Shown here one piece after another: positions 19,075-26,439 of a DNA stretch of 64,000 nt. Position 1 is the first letter of the stretch. The number at the start of each line of letters is the position of its first letter. Location: assembly GCA_964409385.1 (NCBI GenBank), contig CAYPCY010000002.1, forward strand, positions 79,941-143,940. Direction: 5' to 3'. The notes under the pieces were generated by a model. That model saw only the letters and a program-made list of their open reading frames with translations, was not told the DNA's origin and did no database searches. The position numbers were made by a program, and so were the translations under genes. The stretch is from an uncultured Methanosarcinales archaeon. Its GTDB lineage: Archaea; Nanobdellota; Nanobdellia; Woesearchaeales; CAYPCY01.

Positions 19075-19638
19075 ATGAATCACTTAAACATTGAAATAAA
19101 AGCAAAATGCAATAACAAAAACAAAATTAGAGAAATACTAAATTCTAAAAATGCTGTTTTCAAAGGAACAGATCATCAAATAGATACTTACTTCAAAATA
19201 AACAATGGAAGAATGAAATTAAGAGAAGGAAACATAGAGAATTACTTAATACATTACGAAAGAGAAAACAAGAAAGGACCTAAACAATCAAAGGTAATAT
19301 TATACAAGTCAAATCCAAATTCTTCATTGAAAAAACTCTTAAAAAAAGCATTAGGAATATTAATCATAATAGATAAAGAAAGAGAAATATACTTCATAGA
19401 CAATGTAAAATTTCATATAGACACGGTAAAAGAATTAGGAGATTTTGTCGAGATTGAAGCCATTGATGAAGAAGGAAACATAACCAAAGAAGAATTATTA
19501 AAACAAAAGAATACGAATTATTCTGAGATTCAAAATCAAAGACTTTTGAAACAATGCAATCAATACTTAGAATTATTTAATATTAAAGAAGAAGATTTAA
19601 TCCCAATATCCTATAGTGATTTATTATTAAAAAAATAA
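19075..19638 (+). CDS. CYTH-domain protein (CyaB/thiamine-triphosphatase-like)
   Basis: N-terminal EIKAK and central VEIEAI motifs typical of the CYTH fold. Confidence 0.55.
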   Translation: MNHLNIEIKAKCNNKNKIREILNSKNAVFKGTDHQIDTYFKINNGRMKLREGNIENYLIHYERENKKGPKQSKVILYKSNPNSSLKKLLKKALGILIIIDKEREIYFIDNVKFHIDTVKELGDFVEIEAIDEEGNITKEELLKQKNTNYSEIQNQRLLKQCNQYLELFNIKEEDLIPISYSDLLLKK

Positions 19639-19674
19639 TAAAATATTTATATTTAAGAAAAGAAAATAATTATA

Positions 19675-20271
19675 ATGGAAGGAATCTTAATCTTCAGTGA
19701 TAGTATAGGTTTTGGCAGGGGAGAATCTCCAAATATTGGATGGGTTGGAAGACTAAAAAAAGATTTTGAACCTAAAGGAAGTCATAATTGTCTATTCAAC
19801 CTAAGCATTCCAGGAGATACTTCAACAAGTCTTCTAAAAAGATTAAATACTGAATGTAAAGCAAGAATAAAATACAAACGTAAAGAAGACAAGTTCACAA
19901 TAATAATATCCATAGGAATGAATGATTCAAAAGGAATAAATAATAAGAATAATATTAAAACATCATTACCAACATTCAAAAAAAACATTTCAAGAATAAT
20001 AAATACAACAAAAAAATACACAAAAGAAATTATTATAATAGGATTAACACCAGCAAGTGAAGAACCATTCGAAAATACTTATTTCACAAATAAACAAATA
20101 GAAACATTCAACAATATTCTAAAAGAATCCGCAAAGAAAGAAAACCTAGAATTCATAAACACATTAAAAGAATTCAAAAAATTAGATTATGCCTCTTTAC
20201 TATCTGATGGTCTTCATCCCAGCAAGAAAGGATATGACGAATTATATAAAATAATAAAAAAGAAGTTTTAA
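19675..20271 (+). CDS. SGNH/GDSL hydrolase
   Basis: Block I FSDSIG, block III GMNDS, block V DGLHPS. Confidence 0.7.
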   Translation: MEGILIFSDSIGFGRGESPNIGWVGRLKKDFEPKGSHNCLFNLSIPGDTSTSLLKRLNTECKARIKYKRKEDKFTIIISIGMNDSKGINNKNNIKTSLPTFKKNISRIINTTKKYTKEIIIIGLTPASEEPFENTYFTNKQIETFNNILKESAKKENLEFINTLKEFKKLDYASLLSDGLHPSKKGYDELYKIIKKKF

Positions 20272-20296
20272 ATATGAACCAATAAATTATTAATTA

Positions 20297-21364
20297 ATGC
20301 ATGATAAAGAAGCAATAGACTGGTTAAAAAATAAAGAGTTCTCAAAGTATGCAGAAGATAAAAAAGACTTAATGATTAAAACATTACAACAATGCATACT
20401 ACCAAATAATGAAAAAGTATTAATTCTTGGAGATACAGGTTTTGAAAATAAAAGATTAGCTGCAATCTTAGCATACTCATACTATCTAGCATGTAAAGAA
20501 TTAAATTTAGAAACAGAAATAGTATTACAAACCCCAAAAGAAAATAGAGAATTTGCAAATGAAAATTTCGAAAAGAAACTTTTAGAACTTCCAGACAAAA
20601 GCATACTACTAATTGCATTAACTAACAAGTTAGGAAAGATGCGTTTTGAAAAAAGTTATAGAACATACTGTAATAAACATTTACACAGGTTCTTATCAAC
20701 ACCAAGCTTGGGAGGTTTACCAACAGAAAAAGCAAACAATTTATTCAATGCTTTTGACATTAATTATACAGAATTACAAAATAAACACGCTAAATTAAAA
20801 GAAATATTAGACAAGACTGACGAACTAAAAATAATAACAGAAGCAGGAACTAACCTAACATTAAACATTAAAGATATTAAAGCAATATCTGCAGCAGGAG
20901 TATACACCACACCAGGCACAGGCGGAAACCTACCAGGAGGAGAAGTATATTTACACCCTACAAAAGAAGGAGCTAATGGAAAAGTAGTGATTGATGTTTG
21001 CTTAAGAACTAAAGAAAGAACCATGCTTGTAGAAACACCATTCACTATAAAAGTTGAAGAAGGAAAAGTAATTAGTATAGAAGGAGCTCAAGAAGCAGAA
21101 GACTTAAAATACACTCTAGACTGGGCAAAAGCAAACGCTAAATATCCTGAAAATGTTTCATTCCTTTGTGAATTAGGAATTGGAACCAATCAACATGCAA
21201 TCCCATCAGGAGTCACAATAATAGATGAAAAACTACCAAATACTGCACATGTTGCAATAGGTAGTAATTACTGGTTTGGTGGTCCTATAAGAACAATAAT
21301 TCATCTTGATCAAGTATTCAAAAACCCCAAAATTTATGCAGATAATGAACTAATAATATTATAA
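20297..21364 (+). CDS. M29-family aminopeptidase (AmpS/PepS-like)
   Basis: ELGIGTN...AHVAIGSNY C-terminal signature resembling aminopeptidase T. Confidence 0.55.
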   Translation: MHDKEAIDWLKNKEFSKYAEDKKDLMIKTLQQCILPNNEKVLILGDTGFENKRLAAILAYSYYLACKELNLETEIVLQTPKENREFANENFEKKLLELPDKSILLIALTNKLGKMRFEKSYRTYCNKHLHRFLSTPSLGGLPTEKANNLFNAFDINYTELQNKHAKLKEILDKTDELKIITEAGTNLTLNIKDIKAISAAGVYTTPGTGGNLPGGEVYLHPTKEGANGKVVIDVCLRTKERTMLVETPFTIKVEEGKVISIEGAQEAEDLKYTLDWAKANAKYPENVSFLCELGIGTNQHAIPSGVTIIDEKLPNTAHVAIGSNYWFGGPIRTIIHLDQVFKNPKIYADNELIIL

Positions 21365-21445
21365 ATATAATTTTATTTAGAAAATATTTAAATATTGTTT
21401 CAACAATAAAAATAAATTAATACATAAAAAATAGGAGGGTAGATA

Positions 21446-21568
21446 ATGGGACATCATCCAATAACACAAACAACTAGTTCGGCAGGAATTCAGCCCTTAA
21501 CAATAGGCCTTATAATAATAGGTTTGGTAATATTAGCATATATTTTATACAAATTTTTTAAGGATTAA
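21446..21568 (+). CDS. 40-aa single-TM micro-protein with strong Shine-Dalgarno
   Basis: AGGAGGGT lies 7 nt upstream of the ATG. Protein MGHHPITQTTSSAGIQPLTIGLIIIGLVILAYILYKFFKD. Below the ORF-track size cut-off. Confidence 0.45.
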   Translation: MGHHPITQTTSSAGIQPLTIGLIIIGLVILAYILYKFFKD

Positions 21569-21611
21569 ACTGTAACAACCTTTTTATATAATTCTCTTTT
21601 CAACTTAAAAA

Positions 21612-23735
21612 ATGGAGCTTATAATTACTGAAAAACCATCCGCAGCTAAGATGATAGCGAGTGCATTGTCAGATTCTACACCAGCACAAGTAAAAAATGG
21701 CAAAGTAACAAATTATGAAATTACACATAACAAAAAAAAAATCATAGTCTCTTCAGCAGCAGGACATTTATACGGTCTTGAAGAAAAAGAGAAAACATTC
21801 GAATATCCCCGTTTTGATATTGAATGGAAACCAACACACAAAACTTCTAAAAATGCAAGATTTACAAAAGCATTCCTTGACAACCTAACAAAAATAGCTA
21901 AACAATCAGACTCTTTCACAGTAGCTTGCGATTATGACGTTGAAGGAGAAGTTATAGGATTAAACTGTGTGAGATTCGCTTGTAAGCAAAAGGATGCTTC
22001 AAGAATGAAATTCTCAACATTAACAAAGTCTGAAATTCAAGAATCTTACAATAACAAAGCAAAAACATTAAACTGGGGACAGGCAAGGGCAGGAGAAACA
22101 AGACATTTTCTTGATTGGATGTACGGTATAAATCTAAGCAGAGCATTAATGTCCTCACTAAAAAAGGCAGGAACTTTCAAAGTATTAAGTACTGGAAGAG
22201 TTCAAGCTCCAGCATTAAAAATAGTTGTTGATAGAGAGTTAGAAATTAGGGATTTCAAACCAGAAACGTTTTGGCAATTAAGAATTCAAACTAATAAATT
22301 AGATGCACAACACGAAAAAGACAAGTTTAACAAGAAAGAAGAAGCAGAAACTGCAAAAAACAACACTTCAAAAGAAGCTATAGTAAAAGAATTAATTTCA
22401 ACAACAAAAAAACAATTTCCATATCCAGCATTTGACCTGGGGTCTTTACAAGTAGAAGCACATTCTAATTTCAGATATACTCCAAAAAGTACATTAAGCA
22501 TTGCCCAAAAATTATATTTGGCAGGATTAATATCATACCCAAGAACTTCCAGTCAGAAACTACCAGCAAAATTAGGACTTAATAAAATACTAAAAAAACT
22601 TGCAGAATTCTATAAAGAAGCTGAAGAACTACAAGGAAAAAATCCAGTTCAAGGAAAGAAAGACGATCCTGCACACCCAGCAATATTCCCTACAGGACAA
22701 AAACCCAAAAAATTAGCAGAACAAGAAAAGAAAGTTTATGATTTAATAACCAGAAGGTTTCTTTCAGCATTCGGAACACCCGCAGAGAGGGAACATTCAA
22801 CCATAAAATTAAAATCAAATACTGAGAATTATATTGCAAAAGGAGTTAGAACATTAAAACAAGGATGGTTTGAAATATACAAGCCATACGTGAAACTTAA
22901 AGAAGTTGAACTCCCAGAACTAAAAAAAGAAGAAAAACTAACAATAACAAAAAAATTACTTGATGAGAAAGAAACTCAACCTCCAAGAAGGTATACTCAA
23001 GCGTCGCTAGTTTCAGCACTTGAAAAGAGAGGATTAGGAACTAAAGCAACAAGAGCAGAAATCGTAGACACTTTATTCTCAAGAGGATATATTGATGGTA
23101 AGTCTTTAGTAGCTTCAGACTTAGGAATTGATATTATTGCTATACTGAAAAAGTTCGTTCCTGAAATTGTAGATGTAGAATTAACTAGAGAAGTAGAAGA
23201 AGACATGCAACAAATTAGAGAAGGAAAAACAACCGAAGAAACAATTTTAAAAAAGGCAAAGCCAAAACTAATTAAAATTCTTACTAAGTTCAAATCACAA
23301 GAGCTTGAAATAGGAAATGAATTAAAAAAAGCTTATTCAGAAACATTAAGGAAAGATTCAGAATTAGGGAATTGTTCTTGTGGCGGAAAATTAAAAATTA
23401 AGTTTTCAAAAAAGAAACAAAGATTTGTTGGTTGTGATAAGTATCCAGATTGTACAAACACATTCCCCTTACCAAAGACTGGAAAAATAATACCAACAGA
23501 AAAAGCATGCGAAACTTGTTCAACACCAATAATACAAATCGGAAGAAGAACAGTATGTATAAATCCTGACTGTAAGAGCAAGAAAACCAATGGTACAGTT
23601 AAAGAAAAACCATGTCCTAAATGTGACGGTAAGTTAATATTAAGAAAAAGTGTTTATGGAGAATTTCTAGGTTGTAGTAATTATCCAAAATGCAAACAGA
23701 CAGAAAAAATTCTAAATTCCAAAAGCAGCTCTTAA
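21612..23735 (+). CDS. topA: DNA topoisomerase I (type IA) with C-terminal zinc ribbons
   Basis: Toprim N-terminus (ITEKPSAAK...DYDVEGE), catalytic tyrosine region (LISYPRTSS), several Cx2C...Cx2C ribbons at the C-terminus. Confidence 0.9.
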   Translation: MELIITEKPSAAKMIASALSDSTPAQVKNGKVTNYEITHNKKKIIVSSAAGHLYGLEEKEKTFEYPRFDIEWKPTHKTSKNARFTKAFLDNLTKIAKQSDSFTVACDYDVEGEVIGLNCVRFACKQKDASRMKFSTLTKSEIQESYNNKAKTLNWGQARAGETRHFLDWMYGINLSRALMSSLKKAGTFKVLSTGRVQAPALKIVVDRELEIRDFKPETFWQLRIQTNKLDAQHEKDKFNKKEEAETAKNNTSKEAIVKELISTTKKQFPYPAFDLGSLQVEAHSNFRYTPKSTLSIAQKLYLAGLISYPRTSSQKLPAKLGLNKILKKLAEFYKEAEELQGKNPVQGKKDDPAHPAIFPTGQKPKKLAEQEKKVYDLITRRFLSAFGTPAEREHSTIKLKSNTENYIAKGVRTLKQGWFEIYKPYVKLKEVELPELKKEEKLTITKKLLDEKETQPPRRYTQASLVSALEKRGLGTKATRAEIVDTLFSRGYIDGKSLVASDLGIDIIAILKKFVPEIVDVELTREVEEDMQQIREGKTTEETILKKAKPKLIKILTKFKSQELEIGNELKKAYSETLRKDSELGNCSCGGKLKIKFSKKKQRFVGCDKYPDCTNTFPLPKTGKIIPTEKACETCSTPIIQIGRRTVCINPDCKSKKTNGTVKEKPCPKCDGKLILRKSVYGEFLGCSNYPKCKQTEKILNSKSSS

Positions 23736-24002
23736 TTCTTCACTAGGATTCCATAATGGATCAAAAGTAATATCTATCTTAACATCCTCAACACCCTTAA
23801 TCTTTCTAATTTCAGAATCAATAGCTTCAATTAACATACCACCAAAAGGACAAGTTGGACTAGTAAAAGTCATTAAAATACTAACAATATCCTTTTCTAT
23901 CTTAATATCATAAATTAATTCTAAAGTATAAACATCAATTCCTAATTCAGGATCTTCAACTTTTTTCAAGACATTAATAATTTCTTTCTTACCAACCATC
24001 AT
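23712..24002 (-). CDS. DUF59/MIP18-family Fe-S assembly protein
   Basis: LGIDVYTLELIY...TFTSPTCPF motif. Confidence 0.6.
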   Translation of the reverse strand: MMVGKKEIINVLKKVEDPELGIDVYTLELIYDIKIEKDIVSILMTFTSPTCPFGGMLIEAIDSEIRKIKGVEDVKIDITFDPLWNPSEELRAAFGI

Positions 24003-24131
24003 AATATAGTTTTTGATTTGTTTTTATATAGTTTTTCTAGTTTCCCCTTTAAAAATCCGAAGGTTTTATTAACTGGTTCTTTTTCTTCAAGGATATTCAG
24101 GCATAGTCTGAAGAAAACACGAGGTAAAAAA

Positions 24132-24323
24132 ATGAAAGGAACAGTAAAATTTTTCGACTCCACGAAACACTTTGGTTTCATCACTGGAGAAGACGAAAAG
24201 GATTACTTTGTCCATGCTTCCCAAGTTGAAAATGAGGAAGTCCTTGCAGAAAATGACGAAGTTGAGTTTGAACCTGCAGAAGGAGACAGAGGAGCCCTAG
24301 CTAAAGACGTTAAGAGATTATAG
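24132..24323 (+). CDS. csp: Cold-shock protein (CspA family)
   Basis: MKGTVKFFDSTKHFGFITGEDEKDYFVHASQV carries RNP1/RNP2 motifs. GAGGT ribosome-binding site upstream. Unusually C-ending codons. A T-run follows the stop. Confidence 0.8.
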   Translation: MKGTVKFFDSTKHFGFITGEDEKDYFVHASQVENEEVLAENDEVEFEPAEGDRGALAKDVKRL

Positions 24324-24381
24324 ATAAAGAATTCTTAGTAGGATCATGAAGTAATGACAGAATTCAAAGTATAATAACTTA

Positions 24382-24409
24382 TTTTTTCTTTTTTTCTTTT
24401 TTTCTTTTT
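24382..24409 (+). terminator. Oligo-T archaeal-type terminator after csp
   Basis: tttttctttttttctttttttcttttta T-tracts immediately downstream of the csp stop. Confidence 0.4.
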
Positions 24410-24450
24410 ATAGTAACTTTTTTAAATTGATTATTGTTCTAATTTTTAAT

Positions 24451-24525
24451 AGCGGGATGGGGCAGGCAGGAGTGCCCGTCGGGCTCATAACCCGGAGGTC
24501 GAAGGTTCAAATCCTTCTCCCGCTA
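24451..24525 (+). tRNA. Initiator tRNA-Met (CAU)
   Basis: Cloverleaf folded by hand. A1:U72 with discriminator A73. Three G-C pairs closing the anticodon stem (TCGGG/CCCGG). Loop CTCATAA. T-arm GAAGG-TTCAAAT-CCTTC. TATA-like tttaaatt about 25 nt upstream. Confidence 0.85.
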
Positions 24526-24635
24526 TCCTTTTCAAAGGATAGAACCCAAAGTATGTGTTTCCCTACGGTCAAGCACATTATTTTATAGTACTATCAAGTT
24601 GTTTTTGCGAGATATTTTTCATTTTATTCAAGCCC

Positions 24636-24950
24636 ATGAGAGAATTCGTTAATAAACTAAAAAAAAGGATTGAAAGTATTAAAGGAATACAACAATATAC
24701 TGATAATTACAATAATTGGTGTTATGGAACTTCTAAACAAAAGCATATTGTTCATCTACATCCTTACAACACACACGCGGATATTGAAATTAACAATCCT
24801 GAAATGTTCAGAAAATTTCTTAACAAGTTCGAGTCAAGACCTCATGAGTGGAATCCTCAAAACTGGTTGATTATTGATCTAATATCAAAAGAAAATTATA
24901 ATGCTGCTAAGGAAGTTATTAATGAAGTAGTTAAATTTATTAGTTCTTAA
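24636..24950 (+). CDS. Hypothetical protein
   Basis: ORF downstream of tRNAi-Met with start MREFVNKL; no motif recognised. Confidence 0.35.
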   Translation: MREFVNKLKKRIESIKGIQQYTDNYNNWCYGTSKQKHIVHLHPYNTHADIEINNPEMFRKFLNKFESRPHEWNPQNWLIIDLISKENYNAAKEVINEVVKFISS

Positions 24951-24964
24951 CATTTTATACTATT

Positions 24965-25576
24965 ATGATTGCAGGTGTAGATGAGGCAGGAAGAGGTTCT
25001 GTTATTGGTCCTTTAGTTATTGCTCTTGCTGAAATTCCAGAGTCTAAACTTTCTTTACTAACTGAAATAGGTGTTAAAGATTCTAAACTTTTGAAAAGAA
25101 ATAAACGAAAAGAAATTCTTGAGAAAGTGAATAATATTGCAAAATTCTACTATAAAATTTTTGATGCTCATGAAATAGTTAATTTCATGAAGTTAAAATC
25201 TTTGAATCAGTTAGAACTTGGGGGAATGGTTAATCTTTCTAATAGTGCAAGATCTGAGAAGATAATTATTGACTGTCCTTCAGCAGGTATTACTTCCTTC
25301 TCGAAAGATATTAATTGTTTATTGAATAATCCTAAAACTTTAATTATTGAGCATAAGGCTGATTTGAATCATTCAATAGTCGCGTTAGCTTCTATTGCTG
25401 CTAAAGAGAAAAGAGAAGATTTAATTGATGTTTTAAAAGAAAAATTTGGAGATTTTGGTAGTGGATATCCTGCAGATCCAAAAGCAAAAGCTTATTTAAC
25501 AGATAATCCTGAAATTAGTATTGTGAGAACTAACTGGAGTACTTGGAAGAATAGGGTCCAAACTAGATTAATATGA
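24965..25576 (+). CDS. rnhB: Ribonuclease HII
   Basis: MIAGVDEAGRGSVIGPLVIA catalytic motif; GVKDSKLL; GSGYP. Confidence 0.85.
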   Translation: MIAGVDEAGRGSVIGPLVIALAEIPESKLSLLTEIGVKDSKLLKRNKRKEILEKVNNIAKFYYKIFDAHEIVNFMKLKSLNQLELGGMVNLSNSARSEKIIIDCPSAGITSFSKDINCLLNNPKTLIIEHKADLNHSIVALASIAAKEKREDLIDVLKEKFGDFGSGYPADPKAKAYLTDNPEISIVRTNWSTWKNRVQTRLI

Positions 25577-26361
25577 ATATTTCAATAAATTATGAAGAGG
25601 GAATGATTAAGAAACTTAGAAAGCTAGGATTTAGAGATATTCCCAAAAAAACACCTTTTGAAAAATTAAGATTAGAAAAGAATTGTTTAGTAGTACTATA
25701 TAATACTGGAAAATTATTGCTTCAAGGTTCTGACTCTGGAGTATTGCACACTTTAAGTGATTTAAGAGGTAAGAAAAAACAAAATAAATTAGATTCTGAA
25801 GAGGAAATTATTGGTAGTGATGAAACTTTGAAGGGAGATACTTTTGGCGGATTAATAGTCAGTGGTTTTAAGGGAAATTCTAGAATTAGATCTAGACTTA
25901 TGTCTTTAGGAGTTAAGGATTCTAAACTACTTTCAGAACAACAAATTTTGAGGATTGCTGAAGCGTTAGAGAAAGAGTTTCCAAATAGAATTTGTATTAT
26001 TGAATTATCTCCGGAAAATTACAATCACAAAATGTCATATACTAGTGTTACAGGATTACTGAATCAAATGCATCAAGATGTTTATAATACTCTAAAGCCA
26101 GGAAAACATGTTGTTGATAAATATCCTGGTTGCAAGATTGGTGATGAAATTCTTGAGAAGGCAGAATCTAAATATTTAGAGGTTGCTGCCGCATCTATTG
26201 TTGCTAGAAAAAGAGCTTTAGATCAGTTTGATAGACTTAGTGAAAAAATCGGATTTACACTTCCTAAAGGAAGCACTCATGTTAGTGATGCTTTAAGAAA
26301 GTTAGAAATTAAAGGATTGAATAAAGCAAGATTTGTCAAGACCCATTTTAGGAATGTTTAA
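25573..26361 (+). CDS. rnhC: Ribonuclease HIII-like (TBP-like N-domain + type-2 RNase H domain)
   Basis: N-domain VVLYNTGKLLLQGSDSG resembles B. subtilis RnhC ITAYKSGKVLFQGKNAG. Catalytic IGSDETLKGDTFGGLIV matches the HIII signature IGSDEVGKGDYFGPLVV. The start overlaps the rnhB stop (ATGA). Confidence 0.7.
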   Translation: MNISINYEEGMIKKLRKLGFRDIPKKTPFEKLRLEKNCLVVLYNTGKLLLQGSDSGVLHTLSDLRGKKKQNKLDSEEEIIGSDETLKGDTFGGLIVSGFKGNSRIRSRLMSLGVKDSKLLSEQQILRIAEALEKEFPNRICIIELSPENYNHKMSYTSVTGLLNQMHQDVYNTLKPGKHVVDKYPGCKIGDEILEKAESKYLEVAAASIVARKRALDQFDRLSEKIGFTLPKGSTHVSDALRKLEIKGLNKARFVKTHFRNV

Positions 26362-26373
26362 TTTTTAACTTCA

Positions 26374-26390
26374 AAATCTCTTTGAGATTT
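26374..26390 (+). promoter_or_regulatory. Intergenic palindrome aaatctc-ttt-gagattt (TCAAA-hairpin family) between rnhC and smc
   Basis: Perfect 7-bp inverted repeat preceded by TTCAAAA and followed by ttttaaat (TATA-like). Confidence 0.4.
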
Positions 26391-26439
26391 AGTAAGTTTT
26401 AAATACTATTCTCGTTCCTTTTCGAGTGAGGATATAGTA

